From an uncultured Spirochaetota bacterium (GTDB lineage Bacteria; Spirochaetota; Spirochaetia; SZUA-6; Fen-1364), in the NCBI GenBank assembly GCA_963781885.1, contig CAWAHW010000006.1, positions 224,001 through 288,000 of the forward strand: a stretch of 64,000 nucleotides of DNA. Reading direction: 5' to 3'. The notes below the pieces were generated by a model, which was not told the origin of the DNA, ran no database searches, and saw only the letters and a program-made list of their open reading frames with translations. The translations under genes were made by a program, and so were the position numbers. Shown in pieces: positions 1 through 8,815 of this stretch (position 1 is its first letter; every line of letters starts with the position of its first letter).

Positions 1-168
1 TCCTGCACGATTGCATTTTCCCCCTCACAGGCAGCGAGCAACGATACCGCGATCGCGCAGAACAGCATCAGTCGCCTCATCTGACGCCTCCCGTTCGTCA
101 GTGTACAGGATTTCGCTCTCGAAGCGAAGCATGATTCCGCATCGCCACCAGAAAGGAGAAAGCCGAAC

Positions 169-3100
169 GTGCCTTACCGCCTTGCCGTGCGACGACCCGT
201 CGGAACCCTGATGCTGTACGTGGGCCTCCTGTTTTTCGGTCTCTTTGCCTCGGCGAATCTGCCGTTGGATTTCCTGCCGGCCATTTCGATGCCGACCCTC
301 GTCGTTTCGGCCTCCTATCCCGGCGCCTCCGCAGAGGAGGTCCGTCAACTCATCACGATCCCGCTCGAAGATGCCTTTGCTTCGATAAAGGGAGTCTACG
401 CGATGCGCTCGATCTCGCGCCGAGGCGTCGCGACGCTCACGCTGGACTTCCAATGGGGGGCGAACATGACCGTCGCCGGCGTTGAGACGCGCGAAGTCAT
501 CGACACGACCTTTCCGCTTCTTCCTCAGGAAGCGGAAAGGCCGCAGGTGTTGCCCGTCGATCCCAACGCCCAACCGGTCCTGATCATCGGGGTCCGGTCG
601 AAGGACGGCAGCTTGGGAACGGCGCGCAGGCTTGCCGATCGAGAGATCAAGACGGCGCTCCAGCAGGTCGACGGCGTCGGCTCCGTGACGCTCGTGGGAG
701 GAAGCGAAGACGAAGTGCAGGTGCAGGTCGATCAATCCCGTCTGCAGGCAGCAGGCCTCACCATCGATGATGTCGCATCATTTTTGGCCGGCGCAAATGT
801 CGATCTCCCCGCAGGGGCCTTTATCGAAGCCAACAGCGAGTTCCTTGTCCGGACAAAGGGACGAGTCACCACACCGGAGGATCTGGCCGATCTTCGCATT
901 CCCCTGCAGAGCGGCGGGGGGATCCGTATCCGCGATCTGGCGGACGTCGCCTGGCATCCGAAAGAGCAGATCTCGCTCTTTACAGCCAACGCACTGGAGT
1001 ACGTCGGTCTCGAAGTCCGTGCCCGCAATGGCGAGAGTCCCGTCCGGCTTTCCCAGCGTCTGCGCACGGAGGTGGACCGTCTCTCACACGCGTACGGCAG
1101 CAGCCTCGAGGTCGAGGTGATGGAAGACAGCGCGACCACCATCGTGCAGTCTATTGGCGGACTGGTCTTGGCAGGCGGCGTCGGAGGAGCGGCCGCTTTC
1201 CTCATCATGTTTCTCTTCTTGCGCCGCCTGCGTCCTTCCGCGATCCTCATCAGCGCGGTACCCTGCTCCGTGCTCTTCTGCTTGCTCCTTCTATGGATCG
1301 CAGGCCGCACGATCAACGTGATGTCGCTGGGCGGAATCGCGCTTTCCATCGGCATGCTGGTGGATGACGGCGTGGTGGTCCTCGAGAACCTCCAGAGACG
1401 CATCGGCGGCGCCGCGGAGGGAAGGCTGCGGGAGATGGTCGTGCGCGCGTGCGCCGAAGTGGCGGGATCCATCCTGGGGTCCACCCTCACCACGATCGTC
1501 GTCTTCGTGCCCGTGATCTTCCTCCCCGGGCTGATCGGCGCGCTCTATGCCGATCTTGCACTCGCCGTCATTTTCTCCCTCTTCGCCTCACTCATCGTCT
1601 CCATGACGCTCATTCCCGTCCTGTTCCTCCTCACCTATCCCCGCCGGCCCGATTGGACGGGAGAGCATGCGTTGCGCGCGGGCCCGCTGGAGCGGGGATA
1701 TCGCAAGATGCTCGCCGCGGCGCTCCGGCGCCCGCTTGTCGTCGGGCTCGGGCTGCTGGGCATCGTGGCCCTCACCGTGCCCCTGGTGCCGGCGACGCGC
1801 ATGGAGCTTGTCGCGCCGTATGACGGAGGGACGATCGCGGTGCGGATCGTCGCCGCGCCGTCGACGAGCATGGAGCAGCTGAAGCGGATTGCGTTTTCCG
1901 CCTCTGCGCGCGTCCTGTCCGTGCCCGGCGTTGCCTCGGTGTGGAGCCGGGCCGGCGGGGAAAGCGAAGATACCTTCTATCTTGCCGACCCCGACACGAG
2001 CAGGGAAACCATCACCCTGTCGGTCCACACCCGCTACGGCCGGCGCCCCGCATCCCTTCCCATTGTCGCCGAGCTGCGCAAGGCGCTGACCGTGGAGGGC
2101 GCCGACGTCTCGGTGTCGCTTCCCCGCTCGAGTCTCGCGCAGCTTCTCGGTCTGCGGGGCGCCGGCTACGAGCTTTCCAGCCTGGGGCAGGCGCCGCAGG
2201 ACGCGCGCGCCCGAGCCGACCAGGTCGTGGACGAGCTTCGGGCGGCGGACCCCGCGGCGGCGGTCCACGTGGCCGAGGCCGCGCGCGTGCAGGAGCTGCA
2301 CTACACGCCCAACCGGGAGTCCCTTGCCCGCAGCGGGGCGAGCGTTGCGACGGTGGCGCAGACGACCTGGGAGGGCCTGGAGGGCGCCGTCTCCACGAGG
2401 CTCAGCTCTGGCGGGCGCGACTACGACGTGCGGATCATCCTTTCGCAAGCCGACCGGTCCGACCGCAAATCCCTTTCCGCCCTGCGCGTGCGCACGCCCG
2501 CAGGAAGCCTCGTGGAGACGGGTGAGGTCGTCCAGATCGATGAGGGAAGCTCGCCGTCCGCGCTCGTGCGCGAAAACCGCCAGGACGTTTCCCGCGTGGT
2601 TGTCGAGCAGGGGGCGATGTCATCCCGCCTGCGCACGGCAATCGCGCATGCGGCGGCGTCACCCGACGTCCGGGATGCCGCCCAGAGCATCTTCTCCCAG
2701 CACGCGGGGGAGATCGCGCTGATCCTCGTCATCGCGCTTGTCCTCCTCTACCTGCTCCTGGGCGCGCAATTCGAGTCTTTCATCCAGCCGCTCATCATCC
2801 TCGTCGCCGTTCCCCTGGCGACGACGGGAGTCCTTGCCGCGCTTCTCCTTGCCGGACAATCGCTGAATCTCAGCTCGGGGCTGGGGGTGCTGGTGCTCTT
2901 TGGGACCGTGGTGAAGACCTCCATCATCCTTTTTGCGAACTACCGCCGGCGCATCGATGCGGGCTCCCATTCGTCATTCGCCGTCTACACGGGAACGTCG
3001 GAGCGCCTGAGGCCAATCCTCATCAGCACCGTTGCGACGATTGCCGGGCTTCTGCCCATCGCCGTGAACCTCAACGGGCTTTCCACGGAGGACGGGATTG

Positions 3101-3198
3101 CCATCGCAATCATCGGCGGGCTTGTCGTCTCGACCGTGCTCACGCTTTTTGTCGTGCCGCTCATCACGTGGCGGTACTACAGGGCAAGGGGAAGGTAG
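169..3198 (+). CDS. RND efflux transporter permease (AcrB/AcrD/AcrF family)
   Basis: 1009 aa with two hydrophobic TM clusters and two large soluble loops; N-terminus YRLAVRRPV; proton-relay VDDGVVVLEN and RLRPILIST; SD-like GAAAGGAG before GTG. Confidence 0.93.
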   Translation: MPYRLAVRRPVGTLMLYVGLLFFGLFASANLPLDFLPAISMPTLVVSASYPGASAEEVRQLITIPLEDAFASIKGVYAMRSISRRGVATLTLDFQWGANMTVAGVETREVIDTTFPLLPQEAERPQVLPVDPNAQPVLIIGVRSKDGSLGTARRLADREIKTALQQVDGVGSVTLVGGSEDEVQVQVDQSRLQAAGLTIDDVASFLAGANVDLPAGAFIEANSEFLVRTKGRVTTPEDLADLRIPLQSGGGIRIRDLADVAWHPKEQISLFTANALEYVGLEVRARNGESPVRLSQRLRTEVDRLSHAYGSSLEVEVMEDSATTIVQSIGGLVLAGGVGGAAAFLIMFLFLRRLRPSAILISAVPCSVLFCLLLLWIAGRTINVMSLGGIALSIGMLVDDGVVVLENLQRRIGGAAEGRLREMVVRACAEVAGSILGSTLTTIVVFVPVIFLPGLIGALYADLALAVIFSLFASLIVSMTLIPVLFLLTYPRRPDWTGEHALRAGPLERGYRKMLAAALRRPLVVGLGLLGIVALTVPLVPATRMELVAPYDGGTIAVRIVAAPSTSMEQLKRIAFSASARVLSVPGVASVWSRAGGESEDTFYLADPDTSRETITLSVHTRYGRRPASLPIVAELRKALTVEGADVSVSLPRSSLAQLLGLRGAGYELSSLGQAPQDARARADQVVDELRAADPAAAVHVAEAARVQELHYTPNRESLARSGASVATVAQTTWEGLEGAVSTRLSSGGRDYDVRIILSQADRSDRKSLSALRVRTPAGSLVETGEVVQIDEGSSPSALVRENRQDVSRVVVEQGAMSSRLRTAIAHAAASPDVRDAAQSIFSQHAGEIALILVIALVLLYLLLGAQFESFIQPLIILVAVPLATTGVLAALLLAGQSLNLSSGLGVLVLFGTVVKTSIILFANYRRRIDAGSHSSFAVYTGTSERLRPILISTVATIAGLLPIAVNLNGLSTEDGIAIAIIGGLVVSTVLTLFVVPLITWRYYRARGR

Positions 3199-3225
3199 GC
3201 CTGGCCGCGGGAAAGCACGCACGAT

Positions 3226-3254
3226 TTGCATTTGCCTCGTCTCCCCTGTACATT
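3226..3254 (+). promoter_or_regulatory. sigma70-like promoter (TTGCAT-17-TACATT)
   Basis: Hexamers with 17-nt spacing about 40 nt upstream of ATG 3296. Confidence 0.5.
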
Positions 3255-3295
3255 GTTGTCGGGCCCGAATGGCATTCTTGCGAGGAACCTTGGTA

Positions 3296-3889
3296 ATGAT
3301 GCGAACAAGCTTCGTCTGGATTTCGCTCGTGATCGCAGCCATGACTGTGTCTCTTTGCGGATGCATTTCCCCGCAGGTCCCGCCCGTTGCCCTGAAGATT
3401 GAATATCCGATCACCGTCAATTACGACCGGACCGTTGGTGATTCCTTAAGTGCAGGACACTACAAATGGGCATATCATGAAATATCGGCCAGGAACTTTT
3501 CCAGCAGCGAGTCTGGAACCAAGAGTCTTCAAGCGGTCCTTGTGAAGCTCAATTCATATACCGCCGTGCCGGAGATCGTGAAAGAGCAAGCCAAAATGGG
3601 ACTCACGCCGGCCACCTTGGGAGAGCTTCTGGCATTTGGAGAGGCCTATCCCGACGTACAATCCGCGGTCTCCGTCATTGCGCTAGGATCGTATTCCGAT
3701 TTGTATGAATCGTATTTCGTATACAATCGGCACACCATGCAAATGATGTCCGTGCGATCCCTGGAGCGTCTTTACCCCTATCTGTCAACGAATATTTTCG
3801 GGCGCATGGCCAATATGATGGAATCGGAATTGGTGCCAACGTATCATAATCCAGGACTGTATGGGCTTTTTATCAAGCCCCAGCCATAG
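3296..3889 (+). CDS. hypothetical lipoprotein
   Basis: Signal peptide with lipobox-like LCGC; lower-GC codon usage; motif GLTPATLGELLAFGEAYP; GAGG upstream of start. Confidence 0.7.
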   Translation: MMRTSFVWISLVIAAMTVSLCGCISPQVPPVALKIEYPITVNYDRTVGDSLSAGHYKWAYHEISARNFSSSESGTKSLQAVLVKLNSYTAVPEIVKEQAKMGLTPATLGELLAFGEAYPDVQSAVSVIALGSYSDLYESYFVYNRHTMQMMSVRSLERLYPYLSTNIFGRMANMMESELVPTYHNPGLYGLFIKPQP

Positions 3890-3989
3890 ATTGGCCTTTG
3901 ACTTATTCAGCCCACGACGGATACGGTTCCAGCGATCAGGGTGCAGCTGATCGAATTTGGTGTTAGTGTCAGGAGTCGTGGATTCACCA

Positions 3990-4853
3990 ATGACACGAGA
4001 GATGAGCACGGAAGGCTTGACGCTCATCGCCCACGGAGGGCAGGCAGAGATTTTCGACTGTGGAGACGGCAAGATCCTCAGGGTCGCCAAGCGACCGCAG
4101 GATTTCGACCGAATACTATTTGAATACACCGTGTATGCGTCCTTGTCCGGCAGAGGGCTATCCGTTCCTCACGCCTACGAGCTGGTACGTGTTGATGGTG
4201 CGCCGGCCATCATCATGGAAAAGATCCCTGGCGACTCGATGATGAGCATTATTGCGAGGAACCCATTCAAGGCAGGCAGGATGGCACGCCAGCTTGCCCG
4301 GCTTCATCTGGAGCTGAGCAAGGTTCGGGCGTCACCAACCATCACATCCACAAAAGCAAAGGCGGAGTTTTGCATCAAGGCGTCGCAGGTGCTCTCGGAG
4401 AGGACAAAGGAAAGGGTTTTCGAAGTGCTCAAAGAGCTGCCGGACGGAAGTGCTCTCTGCCATGGTGATTTCCACCCGGGAAACATCATCTGTCACGATG
4501 GAAGCAACTACTTGATTGATTGGGTCGGTGCCTCACGGGGCGACTTCCGTGCCGACGTTGCGCACACGTACATCCTGCTCCGCGTCGTTCCGAGAGTACC
4601 GCACCTCAATGGATTCATCTATTTCATGCAGAAACGGATAGGACGCGCCATGGCGAATCGCTATTTGGCAGGCGTTGGTCTGGGCTCTACGATAGACAGC
4701 GCAATGTTCTCGAAATGGGTCCTCGTAAATGCCGCGGAGCGCACCTACCACGGTATGCAATCCGAGAAGGCACGCCTCAGCGCATTCATCGATAGATACC
4801 TCGGCGTCTTGGACAAGGGCGGGAATCAGCGGTTGCTGTACAAAGCCCTTTGA
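3990..4853 (+). CDS. aminoglycoside phosphotransferase (APH)/choline kinase-like protein
   Basis: Gly-rich N-lobe (HGGQAEIF), Brenner motif HGDFHPGNI, LIDW; start could be 3990 or 4002. Confidence 0.85.
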   Translation: MTREMSTEGLTLIAHGGQAEIFDCGDGKILRVAKRPQDFDRILFEYTVYASLSGRGLSVPHAYELVRVDGAPAIIMEKIPGDSMMSIIARNPFKAGRMARQLARLHLELSKVRASPTITSTKAKAEFCIKASQVLSERTKERVFEVLKELPDGSALCHGDFHPGNIICHDGSNYLIDWVGASRGDFRADVAHTYILLRVVPRVPHLNGFIYFMQKRIGRAMANRYLAGVGLGSTIDSAMFSKWVLVNAAERTYHGMQSEKARLSAFIDRYLGVLDKGGNQRLLYKAL

Positions 4854-4944
4854 ACGCGGATGACAACTCCGGGACGGGTGCTGAGCTCCCTGTTGGGTCC
4901 TTGACGTCTGTCGCCGCGGCGCACGAGCCTCCGTGTCGTCTCCG

Positions 4945-5334
4945 TCAAGCGCGCGCGGGCCTTTTGGTTGCCGTCTTCTTCCTATTCTTCTCCAGCCGGA
5001 ATTGGACAATCCGCTTTATCAGGTCCAACGGGAGCGGTTCATCCATGGGAAACTGGACGGAGCCTTTCCCGTTTTTGTATCGAGAGAGCTCTTTTTGAAA
5101 CGCGCTGACGCCGCGTGGCGTCGGATAAAACCCGATGTGGTTCTTGAACGCGGCAAAATGGACGAGGTTGCCGTTGAGATAGAAAGTCGGTATCTGGTAG
5201 GAGATTTTCTCCTGCGCCTCGGGAGCCAGCTTCTTGACGAGCCGCCTGATTGATTCAAGCTTCTTTTGCACGTCCACCGGAAATGACTTGATGTAGTCGT
5301 CAATCGTCTGCTTTCCCTGCTTTGCTTTTTCCAC
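4945..5334 (-). CDS. DUF1801 (YdhG-like) protein
   Basis: TIDDYI...EKISYQIPTF...HFAAFKNHIGFYP...KGSVQFP signature; GTG start chosen. Confidence 0.88.
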   Translation of the reverse strand: MEKAKQGKQTIDDYIKSFPVDVQKKLESIRRLVKKLAPEAQEKISYQIPTFYLNGNLVHFAAFKNHIGFYPTPRGVSAFQKELSRYKNGKGSVQFPMDEPLPLDLIKRIVQFRLEKNRKKTATKRPARA

Positions 5335-5344
5335 GGATTCCCCC

Positions 5345-5377
5345 AAAAAGAAGCGGGGACCCGCCACGGGTCCCCGC
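5345..5377 (-). terminator. intrinsic terminator after the small secreted protein pair
   Basis: 11-bp perfect stem GCGGGGACCCG/CGGGTCCCCGC followed by TTCTTTTT on the minus strand. Confidence 0.8.
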
Positions 5378-5400
5378 ATGTCCGTTGCCGGTCCGTCGCG

Positions 5401-5676
5401 CTACTTTGCGTTGGCTGCTTCCGCGGCGAGCTTGACCTCCACGTAGGCCTGGTTGAGGAGCGCCTTGGCCTTCTGCGCGTGGCCGCCCATGTCGAACTCA
5501 TTTGCTGATTGCGCCGCGTCGATCTTGGCGATTGCATGCTCGATGGCAGTCTGCGCATCCGCGAGGTTCGGGTGGCGACTTTGGCTCACCTTCATGGAAG
5601 GGGCCGACATGCAGCCGGCGAGAAGAAAGACCACGGCGCAGCCGATGATGAAATGCTTCAGGTGCGAAGATTTCAT
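5401..5676 (-). CDS. small helical lipoprotein (paralog 2)
   Basis: 91 aa; lipobox LAGC; RHPNLADAQ...ANEFDMGGHAQKAK motif shared with the upstream gene. Confidence 0.8.
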   Translation of the reverse strand: MKSSHLKHFIIGCAVVFLLAGCMSAPSMKVSQSRHPNLADAQTAIEHAIAKIDAAQSANEFDMGGHAQKAKALLNQAYVEVKLAAEAANAK

Positions 5677-5686
5677 ATCGATTTTC

Positions 5687-5959
5687 TCAGTTATTGGCTG
5701 CTTCCGCCGCGAGCTTGATTTCAACATAAGCCTGGTCAAGAAGATCTTTCGCCTTCTTGGCGTGGCCGCCCATATCGAACTCGTTCGCCTCCTGTGCAGC
5801 CGACACCTTGTTGATGGCTCTCTGGATGAACTCCTGCGCAGCCGCAAGATTCGGATGGCGCGCCTTGCTCACCTGCTGCCCGAAAGCCGCTACACCGAGG
5901 GACAGCGTGCCAACGACCATAAAGCCGATGACGAGGTTCCGAAAGAAACGTCGGTTCAT
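5687..5959 (-). CDS. small helical secreted protein (paralog 1)
   Basis: 90 aa; Sec-type signal; RHPNLAAAQ...ANEFDMGGHAKKAK; AGGAGG SD. Confidence 0.8.
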   Translation of the reverse strand: MNRRFFRNLVIGFMVVGTLSLGVAAFGQQVSKARHPNLAAAQEFIQRAINKVSAAQEANEFDMGGHAKKAKDLLDQAYVEIKLAAEAANN

Positions 5960-6065
5960 GAGTGCCTCCTAGAGAAAGATACTATAGGAAGTCGGAGCGT
6001 CCGGGAATAGAAATCTTGCAGCGGTTCGGCAGGATGCGATCCGCGCGGCAAAGGCGCCCCGGGCG

Positions 6066-6536
6066 CTATTTCGCGTCCTGGAGGAAATGTTCCAACCCGC
6101 GCCGCGCCTCCGTCCTGACCCTACCGCGGACAAGCGGCGTCCAGCCGAGAAGGAGACCTGTGGGTCCCAGCGCCATGCCGGCCCATTTCCAGAGGTTGAA
6201 CCGGTCCACGTGCCGCACGATCTTGTCGTCCTGAAAGGTGAATGACGCATCAATGACGTTGTGGACCGAACGGCCCGTCTGTGAAAAAGTGTAATCTGCT
6301 TCCCAATGCGCAGTAACTTCTGTGCCGTGGGCCTCGACATCGGAGAAGCTGATTTTCAGCTCCTTCGCACGCGCGCAGAGCATGCGCCACATGCCCATCG
6401 CCTCATTCCCCGAAAGCACGCCGAACACCGGATCGGAGAAGACGACGTGGGGGTGATAGCAGGCGCACATGCCCTCCGCATCCAGGGAGCGGAAGCTTTC
6501 ATAGAAGCGGTTGATGGTCTTCTCGCGGGGGTTCAC
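6066..6536 (-). CDS. NTF2/SnoaL-like protein
   Basis: YHPHVVFSDPVFG, HWEADYTFSQTGRSVHN, HVDRF typical of the SnoaL-like family. Confidence 0.85.
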   Translation of the reverse strand: MNPREKTINRFYESFRSLDAEGMCACYHPHVVFSDPVFGVLSGNEAMGMWRMLCARAKELKISFSDVEAHGTEVTAHWEADYTFSQTGRSVHNVIDASFTFQDDKIVRHVDRFNLWKWAGMALGPTGLLLGWTPLVRGRVRTEARRGLEHFLQDAK

Positions 6537-6584
6537 GGGTTCCTCCGCCTCGAATCTACTCACGCGGCCAGCCGGAGGCGACCC

Positions 6585-7250
6585 TCAGAAATAAAAAAAC
6601 AGCGCGTCGAGCGTGCTCCTCAGATCCACGTCGAAATCCCGGACCGAGAGCGCGTCCCATGAGGAAGCCCGCGTGAAAGGATTGTGTGAGATGGCCTCCC
6701 GCGGTATCCAGCCAAGCACGCTGTACAGGTGCCAGGTGCCCTGGCGCACGATCATCTCGTGCACGAATGAAAGCTTCTCTGCCATGGTGCAGAGGTAGAG
6801 GCCGCACGCGTAGGGGCGATGTTCATGGAATGAGCACAGCTTGTCCTTCAGAAAGCGGCACGTGCCATCGTCGTTCCTGGACAGAATGGCGGGCTCGGCA
6901 TTGTTGTATTCATACAGAAGTGTCGCATTCAGCTCTGAGAAGCCGTGCTCCCGGATGAGGTCCCGGATTGCCTTTTCCCTGCGCTCCAGGCTCGGCGCTT
7001 CCGGCAGCACGAGCATCGATTGCGGGAGCTCGTCGATGGTGAGCGATGTCCCCGCCATGAGCCGCGGCAGGTCGAAGCCGAGGACGGGGATATCGTCCCC
7101 GCAGCATTCACCGCAGCCGCGGCAGTGTTTCGTCTTGAGCTCGCAGGTGCCTCTGAAGGCCTCAAGTGTTGCGGCAAGCTCCGGCAGGGTGGCATCGTCG
7201 GAGTATTCTTCAAGCTCGATCTGGTTATCCAGGACGGAGAAGCGAATCAT
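6585..7250 (-). CDS. YkgJ-family Cys-cluster (CxxCxxCC) protein
   Basis: CRGCGECC and CRFL-x4-CSFHEHRPYAC motifs. Confidence 0.82.
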   Translation of the reverse strand: MIRFSVLDNQIELEEYSDDATLPELAATLEAFRGTCELKTKHCRGCGECCGDDIPVLGFDLPRLMAGTSLTIDELPQSMLVLPEAPSLERREKAIRDLIREHGFSELNATLLYEYNNAEPAILSRNDDGTCRFLKDKLCSFHEHRPYACGLYLCTMAEKLSFVHEMIVRQGTWHLYSVLGWIPREAISHNPFTRASSWDALSVRDFDVDLRSTLDALFFYF

Positions 7251-7374
7251 GAGCGGCTCATTATGACAGCTTCTGACCAGCGTGGTCAAACGCAGGTGGC
7301 TGTCCGCCTGTTTTGCGCGTTGGCGGTGACAACTGCACTGTTTCAGGGTACTATGGGGCGCGGAGGCGCCGCGC

Positions 7375-7876
7375 ATGACGAAAAAGAGGCTTCTTGTTGT
7401 CGCGATGCTCATCTGTGCCGTCGGAGGGCTTCTTGCCGCCGACCAGAAGCAGATGTACGTCACGGTGAAGACAACCCAGATGCGGGCCACGCCGGGCTAC
7501 CTTGGAAAGCCGCTGGCAAACCTGAACTATGGCGACAAGGTCACCTTGCTCGACCAGCCCGCCGATGCGCCGAAGGACTGGCTGAAGGTCACCGGGCCGG
7601 ACGGGAAGCTCCAGGGCTGGATCAACGCGGCCTCTGTCAGCTCGAAGCAGGTGGCGCTGAAAACGGGCGGCAGCGCCGCGTCGCAATCGGCGTCCAGTGG
7701 TGATGTCGCGCTTGCCGGCAAGGGATTCAACTCCGACGTGGAGCAGCAGTATAAGGACCACGCAGCACCTGGACTACACGTGGGTGGACATGATGGAAAC
7801 ATTCGATGTCACGCCGGCGCAGGTGGCGGCGTTCCTTTCCCAGGGCGGGCTCTCCGAGCAGGGAGGTGCGCAATGA
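7375..7876 (+). CDS. secreted SH3-domain protein (frameshift at about 7760, probably a sequencing error)
   Basis: Signal peptide; SH3b-like MRATPGYLGKPLANLNYGDKV...WLKV...GWI; removing one base continues the frame as LDYTWVDMME to TGA 7874-7876, overlapping the next ATG. Confidence 0.78.
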
Positions 7877-8815
7877 AAGCGTTGCATCGTACCGCGGCGC
7901 TTCTCGGCATATTCTTACTCCTTGCCGGGTGCAGCACCCTCTTCAGCGGCTTCACGCCAAGCAACATACTCGACACCGCCATCGGCGCCGCGGAGGGCAA
8001 CCCTTCCGATACGGCGAAAGTGAACCAGGCCATGCAGGCGGGCAAGGCCGTCCAAAGCGCCGCCACCGATATCACGCCCGACCAGGAGTACTACATCGGG
8101 CGGGCGGTTGCGGCGACCGTGCTCACGACCTACAGCGCCTGGGACAATCCGGCCGCCAATGCCTACCTCAACCGGCTCGGCACGCGGTCTTGCGCTGGCC
8201 TCCGTTCTTCCCGAGACCTACGCGGGGTATCACGTCCTCATCATGGACACCGACGACATCAACGCCTTCGGCGCCCCCAGCGGCTTCATCCTCGTGAGCC
8301 GCGGGCTCCTGCGCTGCGCGACGTCGGAGGACGAGGTGGCAGCCATCCTTGCCCACGAGATCGGGCACGTGTCGCTGAAGCATGGTCTGCACGCCATCAG
8401 CGCCGCCCGCTGGACGGATGCCCTCCTGCAGATCGGCAAGCTCGCCGCGCAGAACTCGGACTCCCAGGTTCTCCGCGATCTCACCAACTCCTTCGGCGGC
8501 GTCATCTCCGACATCGTGAAGACAATGGTGAGCACGGGCTATTCGCGCGAGCTGGAGAAGCAGGCGGACCTGGAGTGCGTGCGGATTCTCCACGACGTCG
8601 GCTACGACCCGATGGCGATGGTGCGCATGCTCACCGCCATGAAGGCGCGGCTGAAACCCGACGGCAAGGACTTCGCGAAGACGCACCCGGCTCCCGACAC
8701 GCGTATTGCCTACATCATGCCGGCCATCGAGGCCCAGACACCCGTTGCGTCACCGACCGCCGCCCAGGCCCGGGCCCGCCAGGTGAGGTACCAGGCGGCC
8801 CTCACCGGCATCTGA
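7873..8815 (+). CDS. M48 family zinc metalloprotease lipoprotein (frameshift at about 8185)
   Basis: Lipobox LAGC; INAFGAPSG, AHEIGH (HEXXH), YSRELEKQAD, THP; two ORF halves joined by removing one base. Confidence 0.88.

Noticed and set aside
1-20. sigma54 promoter (GCACG...TTGCA)
   Set aside because: It lacks the GG-N10-GC spacing; the same applies to the copy at 3219.
3296-4000. Diversity-generating retroelement targeting the lipoprotein
   Set aside because: No reverse transcriptase and no template/variable repeat pair are visible in the window.
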